Positions 9,018 through 19,277 of a stretch of DNA of 64,000 nucleotides are shown piece after piece. The translations under genes were made by a program, and so were the position numbers. How positions within the stretch are numbered: position 1 is the first letter of the stretch; each line of letters begins with the position of its first letter. Where the stretch lies: assembly GCA_009840945.1 (NCBI GenBank), contig VXMU01000114.1:5718-69717 (forward strand), given 5' to 3'. The DNA comes from Chloroflexota bacterium (GTDB taxonomy: Bacteria > Chloroflexota > Dehalococcoidia > UBA2979). The notes below the pieces were generated by a model. That model was not told where the DNA came from, searched no databases, and saw only the letters and a list, made by a program, of their open reading frames with translations.

Positions 9018-9358
9018 CAGGCGGCCGTCCGCCCGGCGCGGCCGGTCCGGCGCGTGAGGCGTCCGAGGAGTCTGCGGATCGGGAGCGCGATGACCACGCG
9101 GTCCAGCGCCTGCTGCATGGCCGCCATACCCGGCAGGTCGTCCTCGTGCCGGACGACCGCGACGCCGCGGTCGAGGTCCACCTCGACGCGGTGCACGCCC
9201 TCGACGCCTTCGATCGCCTGTTGCGTGCGTGCGGCGCAGAGCCCGCAGACGAGGCCGTCGACCGCGAACGTGGTGCTGCCGTCGCGGCGTTCGAGCGCGC
9301 GCAGCGCGGGCGCCGTGCGGAGGCGCGAGGGGTGGACGTGCAGGGCGCTCCACTGCAT
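9017..9358 (-). CDS. heavy-metal-associated (HMA) domain protein, CopZ-like
   Basis: TTFAVDGLVCGLCAARTQQAIEGVEGVHRVEVDL gives an HMA fold with a CxxC metal site; stop overlaps the nfo start (TGATG). Confidence 0.5.
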   Translation of the reverse strand: MQWSALHVHPSRLRTAPALRALERRDGSTTFAVDGLVCGLCAARTQQAIEGVEGVHRVEVDLDRGVAVVRHEDDLPGMAAMQQALDRVVIALPIRRLLGRLTRRTGRAGRTAA

Positions 9359-9462
9359 GAGGGCATCGTAACAGTCGGCTGCGCGAGCCTCGCGCTCTCC
9401 TTGCTGGCGCACGGGGCCGATGTTAGATTCCACCAGACGACGGGCGCCCGAGGAGCAACGCC

Positions 9463-9978
9463 GTGTCCTACTCCATCATCGAGACGTGCATCGGCTGTAC
9501 CGCGTGCACCAAGAAGTGCCCGGTCAACGCCATCACGGGCGTGCGCGACTCGCTGCACGTCATCGACCCTGAGTTGTGCATCGACTGCGGCGCGTGCGGC
9601 GCGGTCTGCCCGCCCGAGTCGATCCTCGACGAGCTCGGCGACGTCTGCCGCACCTTCCCCCGGCGCGAGCTGCCGCTGGCGAAGGTCGTGGAGGACAACT
9701 GCATCGGCTCCGGCTGCGAGCTCTGCATTCACGTCTGCCCCTTCGACGCGCTGTCCCTCACGGACGCCCCGAACAGCCACGACTTCTTCGGCGTTGCGAC
9801 CGTCGACGAGAAGCGGTGCACTGGCTGCCGCCTCTGCGAGCAGTCCTGCGGATGGGGCTCGATCTTCATCGACCCGCCGCGCGAGATGCTCAAGAAGCGC
9901 GTCTACCCCGTCGAGGTGCTCACGCCCAAGGAGGGCCGAGGCGTCCAGCGGGCCCGCGAGGCCGCGGCCGCCACCTAG
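9463..9978 (+). CDS. 4Fe-4S ferredoxin-type protein with four cluster motifs
   Basis: CIGCTACTKKCP, CIDCGACGAVCP, CIGSGCELCIHVCP, CTGCRLCEQSCG. Confidence 0.8.
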   Translation: MSYSIIETCIGCTACTKKCPVNAITGVRDSLHVIDPELCIDCGACGAVCPPESILDELGDVCRTFPRRELPLAKVVEDNCIGSGCELCIHVCPFDALSLTDAPNSHDFFGVATVDEKRCTGCRLCEQSCGWGSIFIDPPREMLKKRVYPVEVLTPKEGRGVQRAREAAAAT

Positions 9979-10017
9979 CCGCCGCGCCCACACCGTTCCC
10001 ACCCCGGACATGGCGTC

Positions 10018-10461
<444 letters not shown>

Positions 10462-10624
10462 CCCGGCGCGGGCGGTCGCGGACATGGTGAAGGCGGGCCC
10501 GAAGGCCCGCCTTCTCACCGACATCTGCCGTGCGGCGGGGGTGATTAGATTCGCGGCAGATGTTGGCTACTGGGTTAGTGCGCCGCCCTTTCCAGAGTAG
10601 CGCGACTCGATCGCATCGGACCCG

Positions 10625-11323
10625 TCATGGCACCGCACCGGGCGCATCCTGTGGGTCCGCGAACACGTAGTGGTAGACGACGGCGGCGAGCACGGCGCCG
10701 ATAATCGGGCCGATCCACCACACGAGGTGGTCGTCCCAGGCGCCGCTGAGCAGCGCGGGCCCGAAGGCGCGCGCCGGGTTCATCGCGGCGCCGGTGAGCG
10801 AGGCGACGGCGAAGACGTTCATGGTGATGACGAGCCCGATCCCGAAGCCGCCGAGGTTCGGCCCGCGCGGGTCGAGCATCGTGCCGAAGACGGCGGTCAT
10901 CAGGAACACCGTCGCAATCGCCTCGATGCCGACGCCCTGCACGAAGTCGATGCCGGGTGAGATCGAGGGAGTGCCGAGGCTGGTGGCCTCGCGCATGACG
11001 TCAGGGAAGAGCGCGGTCAGGGCCAGCGCGGCCACGACGGCGCCGACCAACTGCGCGATGATGTAGAGGATGCCCGAGAGCGTGGCGATGCGGCGGGTGG
11101 CCCACAGGCCAATGGTGAGCGCCGGGTTGAAGAGCCCGCCCGAGACGTGGCCCACGGCGGAGATCATGAGCGCGATGGCCAGTCCGTGCGCGAGGGCGAT
11201 GGCGACGAGGTTGGCCCCACCCGTGACGATGATGGCGCCGGCTCCGACGAAGACCAGGGCAAACGCACCCAGCGCCTCGGCGGCGAGCTTGCGTCCCTCC
11301 TGTGCTGGATCGACGACGCCCAA
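10625..11323 (-). CDS. aquaporin / MIP family channel
   Basis: Two NPA boxes (GGLFNPALT and AMNPARA) and a six-TM topology. Confidence 0.9.
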   Translation of the reverse strand: MGVVDPAQEGRKLAAEALGAFALVFVGAGAIIVTGGANLVAIALAHGLAIALMISAVGHVSGGLFNPALTIGLWATRRIATLSGILYIIAQLVGAVVAALALTALFPDVMREATSLGTPSISPGIDFVQGVGIEAIATVFLMTAVFGTMLDPRGPNLGGFGIGLVITMNVFAVASLTGAAMNPARAFGPALLSGAWDDHLVWWIGPIIGAVLAAVVYHYVFADPQDAPGAVP

Positions 11324-11398
11324 CCGGCAACCCCCCGCTGGTCATGCCCGAGTAGGGTGGGAGCATTCAAACAAGGTTCGGCTAATAAGTCAATACAC

Positions 11399-12691
11399 GT
11401 GTTCAATTTAAGTATCCACAATGCCCGGAGGCTCCTCGGCCTTGCCGTCGCGGGGGCCGCGATGCTCGTCGCCGCCGCGTGCGGCGACGGCGGTGACGTG
11501 CGCATCGTCGCGCTTACGCCCACACCGCCGCCCGAGCCGACGGTCGCCCCGGCGGACGGCGCGGCGACGCCCCTGCCGCCGACCTCGATCACCGCGAGCC
11601 CGGAGCCGCTCCCGTCCGGCGCCGTGCCCGGCCGCCCCGAGGACCTCCTCACGGGTGGACTCTCCGTGTCGAGCTACCTCGCGGGCGGCAGCGCGGACAT
11701 CGCCGGCTGCCTGCCCGGGCTAGTGTCGGCGTGGGAGCTCGCGCCGGTCCTGGGTGAGCGCTGCGTCTTCGCGGACATCGATGGCGACGGCGCCAGCGAG
11801 TTCGCGTTCGCCGTCAACGCCGGTAGCGATGGCGCGAGCCCGGGCGACGTGTGGTTCTTCCAGGGCACCGACGAGCAGTTCCGGCTCTTCTCCTCCGCCC
11901 GCGTACTTGCCAACGCGGTCCTCGAGGATGTCGTGATCGAAGCCGCGGCCGACCTGACCGGCGACCGCTTCCCCGACCTCGTGATCTCGGCCCGCGCGTG
12001 CGGGGGCGAGGGGTGCGAGGGCCGGCTGCTCATCGCGAGCGCGCACCGGGGGGCGTTCGGCGACCTGGCGCCGGCGCGCCTCGACCTGTCTGGCCTGCAC
12101 TCCGTCCGCGTCGAGGACGTCACCGGCGACGGGCTGCAGGACGTGGTGCTGCGCTTCGAGTACCGCCCGGACCCCGAGGCGGGACCGCGTCGCGACACCG
12201 AGATCGCGCTCAACTGGGCGGGGCTGAAGTTCTTCGACACGGAGCACGCGGAGGCGCCTCGCTACCTCTTCCACGCCATCACGGACGCGGACGCCACGTT
12301 CGACAGCGGCAACTACCCGGCCGCGCGCGCCCAGTACGAGGCCGCGGCCGGGAACACGGCGCTGGTCGACTGGCGCGTCGAGAGCGGGCAGGGATCGGGC
12401 CACCGCGAGCTCGTGCCGTACGCGCTGCTGCGTGCGGGGCTGGCGGCGCAGCGCAGCGGCGACGGCGATGGAGCGCTCGCGCTGTTCTCGCAGGCGGCGA
12501 ACCGCTACGGCTCCTCGCTCCACGGACAGGTCGCCTCGATCTTCCAGGCGGCGGTCGAGCGCGAGCTCGCCCCGGCGATCGCCTGCACGGCGGCCGAGGA
12601 CTACCTGCGTCCGCAGGCGGCGCGCTACGCCCGGATATGGGACTACGGCTACGCCAACCCCACCCACGAGATCTCCGACCTCTGCCGCTAG
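11399..12691 (+). CDS. lipoprotein with FG-GAP-like repeats and C-terminal helical domain
   Basis: GTG start gives the signal peptide RRLLGLAVAGAAMLVAAAC (lipobox VAAAC); repeated DIDGDG, DLTGDRFPD and DVTGDGLQD calcium-binding-like loops; preceded by an AT-rich promoter-like stretch at 11340-11398. Confidence 0.6.
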   Translation: MFNLSIHNARRLLGLAVAGAAMLVAAACGDGGDVRIVALTPTPPPEPTVAPADGAATPLPPTSITASPEPLPSGAVPGRPEDLLTGGLSVSSYLAGGSADIAGCLPGLVSAWELAPVLGERCVFADIDGDGASEFAFAVNAGSDGASPGDVWFFQGTDEQFRLFSSARVLANAVLEDVVIEAAADLTGDRFPDLVISARACGGEGCEGRLLIASAHRGAFGDLAPARLDLSGLHSVRVEDVTGDGLQDVVLRFEYRPDPEAGPRRDTEIALNWAGLKFFDTEHAEAPRYLFHAITDADATFDSGNYPAARAQYEAAAGNTALVDWRVESGQGSGHRELVPYALLRAGLAAQRSGDGDGALALFSQAANRYGSSLHGQVASIFQAAVERELAPAIACTAAEDYLRPQAARYARIWDYGYANPTHEISDLCR

Positions 12692-12697
12692 GGGAGG

Positions 12698-12842
12698 CCT
12701 GAGCGCGTCGACCCTCCGCGGGGTGCTTGGCGCCATCGAGGAGGCCAGCCGGACCCTCACCCCAACCCTCTCCCGGGGGGAGAGGGGGCCGGATCGGAGA
12801 GGGTGAGGAGGGCCCGCGGGTTGCTCGATGCGATCGAGGAGC
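12698..12842. repeat. modular palindromic intergenic repeat, copy A
   Basis: ccggaCCCTCACCccaaCCCTCTCCCgggGGGAGAGGGggccggat plus modules shared with 26206..26370 (ctgagcgcgtYga, ccgcggggtgc...gccatcgaggaggc). Confidence 0.75.
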
Positions 12843-12932
12843 CTTCGCCGCCGTGCGGATTTGACCGCCGCCGCGGTCCGGCCCTACGGTGCTTTTGATG
12901 CCCGAGGGGATGGACGCGAGGAGCCGCAGCCG

Positions 12933-13367
12933 ATGATCCGCAGCGTTCGACGCGCGGTGATGGTGATGATGTACGCGGTGGTCGGCGCGGTGGCCGGCCG
13001 CGTCGCCATGGACCTCCGGCAGCGCCACCTCCGCGGCGAGCCGCTCGAGGTCAAGCTCGACGCCTCCTCGCTGCGGCCGCAGGAGATCGTGCCGGGCCTG
13101 ATAGCGGCCATGCGCGTCCGCGACCGGCCGTGGTCGTACCTCCACATCCCGGGCTGGTTCGCTGCCTTCGCCGTCAACTTCGCCGTCTCCGCGCTGGGTC
13201 GCGAGCTACGGCCGATCGATGACGAGGACGCCGAGGCACGCTCGGTGCTCGACGCGACGGCCGACCCTCGGCCGGTCGTGACGACGTCGGAGGCCGGGCC
13301 CGGCACGGCGGCCGCGACCGAGCCCGGAGGGGACGCCGGGGCGGGCTTCACCCCCTTCGATGAGTAG
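12933..13367 (+). CDS. hypothetical membrane protein
   Basis: ORF with two hydrophobic segments; coding-like codon usage; start at MIRSV chosen arbitrarily. Confidence 0.35.
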   Translation: MIRSVRRAVMVMMYAVVGAVAGRVAMDLRQRHLRGEPLEVKLDASSLRPQEIVPGLIAAMRVRDRPWSYLHIPGWFAAFAVNFAVSALGRELRPIDDEDAEARSVLDATADPRPVVTTSEAGPGTAAATEPGGDAGAGFTPFDE

Positions 13368-13505
13368 CCGGATCCGCTTCCGCGCGCCACCCGCCGGCGC
13401 GCGCGCCTGTCCGCCTGACGCATACGTGAGGTATGCTCGTGGTGGAAGGCACGAAGTCCGCGCGCAGCGCGGGCGCTCGGCCCTGCCGACCGAACGGAGC
13501 GCGCC

Positions 13506-14078
13506 GTGACCCCAACCGTCACGCTGGTCCTCGTGCTCTTCGCCGCGTATCTCCTCGGCTCCATCCCCAGCTCATACGTGATCGTCCGGCTCATCACCGG
13601 CGAGGACATCCGGCGCATCGGCTCCGGCAACCCCGGCACGATGAACGTGCGCGACCACGTGGGGTGGAAGCCCGCGATCGTCGTCGGGGCGCTCGACATC
13701 GGGAAGGGCGCCGTCGCCGTCGGGCTCGCGTACTGGACCGGACTCGGAGACATCGAGGCGATCCTCGCCGGCATGATGGCCGTCGCCGGCCATGACTGGT
13801 CGATCTTCCTGCGGCTGCACGGCGGCAACGGCACGGGCGCCACCGTCGGCGCGCTACTCGCGCTGCTGCCGGGGCCCGGCCTGCTCGCCGCCGTGCTGGC
13901 CTTCGTCCTCTGGCGCCTGGGCGCGACCCGGCGGCTCGCCGGGCTGACGGGGCTGCTCTCGGTCCTCCCCATCGCGTACGTCCTCGACGCACCGCAGGTC
14001 CCGATGATCGGGGTGGCCGTGCTCGTCGCGCTCCTGTTCGTGAAGCTCTGGCGGGTCGAAGGATTCGCCGTGGCATGA
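13506..14078 (+). CDS. plsY: glycerol-3-phosphate acyltransferase PlsY
   Basis: GSIPSSYVI...IRRIGSGNPGTMNV and HDWSIF motifs of PlsY; GTG start. Confidence 0.85.
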   Translation: MTPTVTLVLVLFAAYLLGSIPSSYVIVRLITGEDIRRIGSGNPGTMNVRDHVGWKPAIVVGALDIGKGAVAVGLAYWTGLGDIEAILAGMMAVAGHDWSIFLRLHGGNGTGATVGALLALLPGPGLLAAVLAFVLWRLGATRRLAGLTGLLSVLPIAYVLDAPQVPMIGVAVLVALLFVKLWRVEGFAVA

Positions 14079-14938
14079 CGGACACGCCCGACCAATCGCT
14101 CGACGTGCTGGCCGAGCAGTTCCGCACCACCCTCGGCGAACCGGGACAGCCCGTAGGCCCGGCACGCGCCGCGCTCGTGGTCGCGCAGGGCGAGCAGCCC
14201 GGCCTCGACACCGACCTCTACGAGGCGCAACTCCGCGACTGGGGACGCCGCCTCGAGGCGCGCGTACACCCGGCCGCCGAGCCACTCGCGCAGGTCGAGA
14301 CGGCGAACGAGCTGCTGTTCGGCGAACTCGGCTTCCGCGGCAACGAGGAGGACTACGCCGAGCCGCGCAACCTGCTGCTCGACCAGGTCATCGAGCGCCG
14401 CACCGGCATCCCCATCACCCTCGCCATCATCTACGTCGAGGTGTGCCGCGCGGCCGGCCTCGACATGCGGGGCGTCGGGATGCCCGGCCATGTCATCGTC
14501 CGCAACGTCGCGCGGCCCGACGAGGAGACGCTCTTCGTCGACGTGTTCCGCCAGGGGGCGCTCCTCACGGTCGCGGACTGCGAGGGCATCGTGCGCTCGA
14601 TCTATGGCAGCGCGACGCCGTTCCGGGAGCACTTCCTGGACCCGGTCACGCCCCGCCAGTTGCTGCAGCGCCTGCTGCACAACCTCAAGGCCAACGCGCT
14701 GCGTCGAGGCGACGAGGAGCAGGCCGAGCGCGCGATCGAGCTGCTGCTGGTGCTCGCGCCGTGGGACCTGGACGAGATGCGCGACCGCGGCCGGCTGCGC
14801 GAGCGCCTCGGCCGCTACGCCGAGGCGCTGACGGACCTGGAGACGTACCTGGAGTACCGCCCTGGCGCGCGCGACGCGGCGACCATCGCCGACACCGTCC
14901 GGTCGCTGCGGCGTCACGCGGGCGCCGAGGCCCCGTGA
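14075..14938 (+). CDS. transglutaminase-like / SirB1 (UPF0162) family protein with TPR-like C-terminus
   Basis: IPITLAIIYVEVCRAAGLDMRGVGMPGHVIV pattern of the SirB1/YchA family; 4-nt overlap with plsY. Confidence 0.7.
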   Translation: MTDTPDQSLDVLAEQFRTTLGEPGQPVGPARAALVVAQGEQPGLDTDLYEAQLRDWGRRLEARVHPAAEPLAQVETANELLFGELGFRGNEEDYAEPRNLLLDQVIERRTGIPITLAIIYVEVCRAAGLDMRGVGMPGHVIVRNVARPDEETLFVDVFRQGALLTVADCEGIVRSIYGSATPFREHFLDPVTPRQLLQRLLHNLKANALRRGDEEQAERAIELLLVLAPWDLDEMRDRGRLRERLGRYAEALTDLETYLEYRPGARDAATIADTVRSLRRHAGAEAP

Positions 14939-15046
14939 GACATCGTCGCTGTACGAATGGCCGACCTCGGGCTTGGCTGCTAGGATCAGGCAGGCGGTCA
15001 TAACGGGCGGCATACGTGGTTGCGCCCGTGTCGCCGAGGGGTCCCG

Positions 15047-15598
15047 ATGATGCAGGAACCACAGCGGGGCAGCGTCCAGTCCCTGTACTCGACCGTCGCG
15101 CCCGCCGCACAGTTCACCGTGTTCTCCGAGCGTCTCGAGTACGCGACGACGCACCCGTGCGAGTTCATCGACGTCTCGGACGACGTGCGCGGCGTGGTCG
15201 AACGCTCCGGCGTGGTCGTCGGGCAGGTGCTGGTCTCCTCGGCGCACACGACGGCGGCGGTGGTGGTGCAAGAGCACGAGCCGCTGCTGCTGCGCGACAT
15301 GGCGAGGCTGCTGCAGCGGATCGCGCCGGCGGACGACTACTACGAGCACAACGACTTCACGATCCGCACGGTCAACATGGCGGAGAACGAGCCCGAGAAC
15401 GGGCACTCGCACCTCCAGCACCTCTTCCTCGGCGCCAGCGAGTCGCTGCCGATCGTCGACGGGGCGATCCAGATGGGGATGTGGCAGAGCATTTTCCTGG
15501 TGGAGCTGGACAACCCGCCGCTGCGGCCGGAGGGCCAGCAGCGCCGCCGCATCACCGTCCAGGTGATGGGCCTCCTCGCCGACGACGCCTCAGGCTAG
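15047..15598 (+). CDS. YjbQ / UPF0047 family protein (secondary thiamine-phosphate synthase-like)
   Basis: HTTAAVVVQE...NGHSHL signature of the UPF0047 family. Confidence 0.75.
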   Translation: MMQEPQRGSVQSLYSTVAPAAQFTVFSERLEYATTHPCEFIDVSDDVRGVVERSGVVVGQVLVSSAHTTAAVVVQEHEPLLLRDMARLLQRIAPADDYYEHNDFTIRTVNMAENEPENGHSHLQHLFLGASESLPIVDGAIQMGMWQSIFLVELDNPPLRPEGQQRRRITVQVMGLLADDASG

Positions 15599-15674
15599 CG
15601 TCGGGCTGCGGTAACGTAGCCGCTCTGCGGCCCCGGCCCTCTGCCCAGACCCCACACGCCGCTACGATGACGCC

Positions 15675-16868
15675 ATGAGCACGCCCGCGGCGGCCGACGA
15701 CTTCGCGCTCGCGCGGGGCGCGACGCCCCTCGCGGCCGTCATCGACGCCGAGATCGCCGCCGCTGGCGGCAGCATCACCTTCGCACGCTTCATGGAGCTC
15801 GCGCTCGGCCACCCCGAGCACGGCTACTACGCGCGCCCCGGCCTCGCCTGGGGCCGCGAGGGTGACTACGAAACCTCGCCCGAGGTGCATCCGGTCTTCG
15901 GCTACCTCTGGGCGCGCCAGGTCGCCGAGTGCTGGGAACGGCTCGGCTCGCCGCCGGCCTTCGACCTCGTCGAGCCGGGCGCGGGGTCTGGCGCCTTCAT
16001 GGCCTCGATGCTCGACTGGCTGCGCGCCCGCGCCCCGGAGTGCCACGCCGCCGCGCGCGTCACGGTCCTCGACGGCCACCCCCGGCGCGTCGAGGAGCAA
16101 CGGGCAGCCCTCGCCGAACGCGGCCACGAGGTGCGCGCGGCGCTCTTCGCCGAGTGGCTCGCAGAGCCCGAGCCGATCGAGGGCGTCGTGGTCAGCAACG
16201 AGCTGTTCGACGCCTTCGCCGTCCACCTCGTCGAGCGGCGTGGCGACGAGCTGCGCGAGTGGTACGTCGTCGCCGGCGACGGGGGGCTCCGGCTCGACCT
16301 CGGCGAGGCCAGCACGCCCGACCTCGACGCCTACTTCGCGCGGCTCGGCATCGAGCCCGGCGAGGGGTGCCGGGCCGAGGTCGGCCTCGCCGCCGTCGAC
16401 ACGATGCGCGCGCTGGCGTCGCGCGTGCGGCGGGGCTACATCGTCACCATCGACTACGGCTACGAGGCCGCGCGCCTCTACGCGCCGTGGCGGCGCATGG
16501 GCACGCTGATGGCGTTCCGCGACCACAGCCCGCAACCGGACCCCCTCGCCCACCCCGGCCGCACGGACCTCACCGCGCACGTCGACCTCACCTCGCTCAC
16601 CGCGGCCGCCGCCGCATCCGGCTTCGCCGCCGCCACCTCCGTCTCCCAGACCGAGGCCCTCATCGCGCTCGGCATCGGCGACCAACTCGAGTCCGCCCGC
16701 ACCCGCGCCCCCTCGGACCTCGCCGCCTACGCCACGGCCCGCGCGGCGTCGGACACGCTGCTGGACCCGGCGGGGTTGGGGCGGGTGCGGGTGGTGGTGA
16801 TGGGGCGAGGCGTGGAGGTCGACGTGCTGACGTGTTTGCAGGAGATCGGGGCGGCCGAAGAGGATTGA
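15675..16868 (+). CDS. class I SAM-dependent methyltransferase, MidA/NDUFAF7 (DUF185) family
   Basis: FARFMELALGHPEHGYYA...DLVEPGAGSGAFM...TIDYGY pattern of MidA-family methyltransferases. Confidence 0.75.
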   Translation: MSTPAAADDFALARGATPLAAVIDAEIAAAGGSITFARFMELALGHPEHGYYARPGLAWGREGDYETSPEVHPVFGYLWARQVAECWERLGSPPAFDLVEPGAGSGAFMASMLDWLRARAPECHAAARVTVLDGHPRRVEEQRAALAERGHEVRAALFAEWLAEPEPIEGVVVSNELFDAFAVHLVERRGDELREWYVVAGDGGLRLDLGEASTPDLDAYFARLGIEPGEGCRAEVGLAAVDTMRALASRVRRGYIVTIDYGYEAARLYAPWRRMGTLMAFRDHSPQPDPLAHPGRTDLTAHVDLTSLTAAAAASGFAAATSVSQTEALIALGIGDQLESARTRAPSDLAAYATARAASDTLLDPAGLGRVRVVVMGRGVEVDVLTCLQEIGAAEED

Positions 16869-16901
16869 GCCCGCCACCCCAACCCGTGCGACAATACCGG
16901 C

Positions 16902-17339
16902 ATGGCGAGAAAGACCACGGGCTACAGCGACGCCCTCATCGACCACTTCGAGCACCCGCGCAACGCTGGCGCCATGGAGGACCCGGACGCCGAGGCGTAT
17001 GTGACCAATCCCGTGTGCGGGGACTCCATGCGCATCTTCCTGCGCATCGAAGATGAGCGCGTGGCCGCCGCCTCCTTCCTGACCTCCGGCTGCCCCGCCT
17101 CCATCGGCACCTCGTCCGCCGCGACCGAGTTGGTCACGGGGCGCACCCTGGACGAGGCGGTCGCGCTCACGCGCGAGGACTACGCCGACGCCGTCGGCGG
17201 GCTGCCGAAGTCGAAGATCCACTGCTCGATCCTCGCCGCCGCCGCCGTGCGCGAGGCGATCGAGACCTGGCGGAGCGAGCGCGTCGACACGACCGCAGCG
17301 CCAACTCATGCGGCTGACGCCGCGGGAGCCGCGTCGTGA
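16902..17339 (+). CDS. Fe-S cluster assembly scaffold SufU/IscU-like
   Basis: NPVCGD, GCPASIGTS and HCSIL cysteine ligand motifs. Confidence 0.85.
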   Translation: MARKTTGYSDALIDHFEHPRNAGAMEDPDAEAYVTNPVCGDSMRIFLRIEDERVAAASFLTSGCPASIGTSSAATELVTGRTLDEAVALTREDYADAVGGLPKSKIHCSILAAAAVREAIETWRSERVDTTAAPTHAADAAGAAS

Positions 17340-17962
17340 GCGTTGCGGCGCTGATCCTCGCGGCGGGTGCGTCGACGCGCATGGGCTCGCCCAAGCCGCT
17401 GCTGCCGTGGGGCGACGGCTGCCTGCTGGCGTGGGAGCTCGACGTGCTCCGGCGCTCGACCGTCGACGAGATCGTGGTGGTGACCGGCGCGTTCGCCGAC
17501 GATGTGCGGCGGGCGCTGCCCGCCGGGGCGCGCCGGCACTGCGTGTTCAACCCGCTGTGGGCGCAGGGGCGCTCGACGTCGCTCGCGACCGGCGCCAACG
17601 CGCTGCTCGCGCCGTCGCGCGTGCGACCGTCGGCGATCGTGATCCAGAACGTGGACCAGCCGACGCGCGCCGACATCATCGACCGCCTCGTCGACGAGCT
17701 GCGCGCGACGGGCGCCGAGGCCGTGCAGCCGTCGCTGCGCGGGACGCGCGGCCACCCGGTGGTGGTCGACGGCTCGCTGCTCGAGGAGCTGGCGGGGGCG
17801 AACGAGGCGGAGCTCGGGCTGCGCGCGATCCTGCAGCGCCACCCGCCGCTCCAGGTGCCGATGGACGACGAGCCGATCGTGCGCATCGACCTCGACACGC
17901 CGGACACGCTCGAGGAGGGTCGTCGACTCTGCGGCGTCCCGGACCCCACGCCCGCCGGGTAG
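17336..17962 (+). CDS. MobA-like NTP transferase domain protein (molybdenum cofactor cytidylyl/guanylyltransferase-like)
   Basis: LILAAGASTRMGSPKPLLPW N-terminus typical of MocA/MobA; GTG start overlaps the sufU stop (GTGA). Confidence 0.7.
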   Translation: MSVAALILAAGASTRMGSPKPLLPWGDGCLLAWELDVLRRSTVDEIVVVTGAFADDVRRALPAGARRHCVFNPLWAQGRSTSLATGANALLAPSRVRPSAIVIQNVDQPTRADIIDRLVDELRATGAEAVQPSLRGTRGHPVVVDGSLLEELAGANEAELGLRAILQRHPPLQVPMDDEPIVRIDLDTPDTLEEGRRLCGVPDPTPAG

Positions 17963-18025
17963 CAACTCCATCCTCGCGGCCTCTCCCTCCAGTGCTCCCG
18001 GCCGCGGGCAGGCCTCAGGGGATCC

Positions 18026-18541
18026 ATGCACATCGACATCGGTGAGTGGCAGGTGCGGAGCCATCAGGCCGACGATGCCGAGTCGCTCGCTCGCTACGCG
18101 AACAACCGCAACGTGTCGAGGAACATGCGTGACGCCTTCCCGTTCCCGTACGCGCTCGACGACGCCCGCGAGTGGCTGAAACGCGCGATGCGCGCCTCGC
18201 CCGAGTCGAACTTCGCCATCGCCTCACCGACCGAGGTGATCGGGGGTATCGGGCTGACATTTCGGGGCGACGTGCACCGGCGGTCCGCCGAGGTCGGCTA
18301 CTGGCTCGGGGAGCCGTTCTGGGGGCGCGGCATCGCGACGGCGGCGCTTCAGGCGGTCACGGAGTACGCATTCGCGCATCATGACCTCGTGCGGATCGAT
18401 GCGGCCGTCTTCGAGTGGAACCCGGCCTCGGCGCGGGTGCTGGAGAAGGCGGGGTACGTCTTCGAGGGGCGGCTGCGCGAGAGCGTCACCAAGGAGGGTC
18501 AGACCATCGACCAGCTCCTGTACGCGCGGATTCGCGAGTAG
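18026..18541 (+). CDS. GNAT family N-acetyltransferase (RimJ/RimL-like)
   Basis: Acetyl-CoA motif A at WGRGIATAAL and a GNAT fold of 171 aa. Confidence 0.8.
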   Translation: MHIDIGEWQVRSHQADDAESLARYANNRNVSRNMRDAFPFPYALDDAREWLKRAMRASPESNFAIASPTEVIGGIGLTFRGDVHRRSAEVGYWLGEPFWGRGIATAALQAVTEYAFAHHDLVRIDAAVFEWNPASARVLEKAGYVFEGRLRESVTKEGQTIDQLLYARIRE

Positions 18542-18544
18542 GCC

Positions 18545-19276
18545 GTGCGCCTCGACTGCCTCGGCTCGGGTTTCGCCTTCTCGCACGGCGCCTACTGGAG
18601 CGGCTTCCTGCTCGACGGGCGCGTGCTGCTGGACTGCCCGCCGCAGACGCTCCCCCACCTCTTCCGCCTCGACGTGCCCACGTCGGCGGTCGACCTCGTG
18701 CTGCTCTCGCACGAGCACTCCGACCACATCGGCGGCGTCGACCTGTTCCTGCTCGAGGAGCGCCGCGCGCATGACGCCGCCGCTGAGCGCACGAACCCGC
18801 TCGCCATCGCCGGTCCGCCCGGCATCCACGACCGCCTGCGCGAGGTGGTCGGGACGTCCTCGCGGCTGCCGGACCGCGACGACCCGCGCATCGCGTGGTT
18901 CGAACAGCGCGGCGGCTCCGCGTTCGAGTGGGCGGGCGCGCAGGTGGAGTGCGTGGCGATGGACCACGCGCCGGACATCGACGCGCTCGGGTTCCGGGTG
19001 CGGCTCCCCGGCGGCGTCGTGGCCTACTCGGGCGACACAGGGTACGGCGAGGCGCTGCTGAGCCTCGCCGAGGGCGCCGACCTGCTCATCGCCGAGTGCG
19101 GGGGCGACCGCGAGCACGGCCACATGACGTGGGACCACATCCGCGCGCTGCGCGCCGCCGTCGACCCCTCGACGCGCCTGCTCGTGACCCACTACGACCC
19201 GCTCGCCGTGCCCGACTCGGCGCGCGGCCTCGACGGTGTCGAGCTGGCGGAGGACTTCGCGACTTACGAGGTGTGA
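18545..19276 (+). CDS. MBL-fold metallo-hydrolase
   Basis: HEHSDHIGG (HxHxDH) motif; GTG start. Confidence 0.75.
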   Translation: MRLDCLGSGFAFSHGAYWSGFLLDGRVLLDCPPQTLPHLFRLDVPTSAVDLVLLSHEHSDHIGGVDLFLLEERRAHDAAAERTNPLAIAGPPGIHDRLREVVGTSSRLPDRDDPRIAWFEQRGGSAFEWAGAQVECVAMDHAPDIDALGFRVRLPGGVVAYSGDTGYGEALLSLAEGADLLIAECGGDREHGHMTWDHIRALRAAVDPSTRLLVTHYDPLAVPDSARGLDGVELAEDFATYEV

Positions 19277-19277
19277 G

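Noticed and set aside
12884-15421. 845-aa ORF on the minus strand
   Set aside because: It overlaps plsY and the SirB1-like gene on the plus strand, both with clear family motifs. It is a spurious antisense frame.
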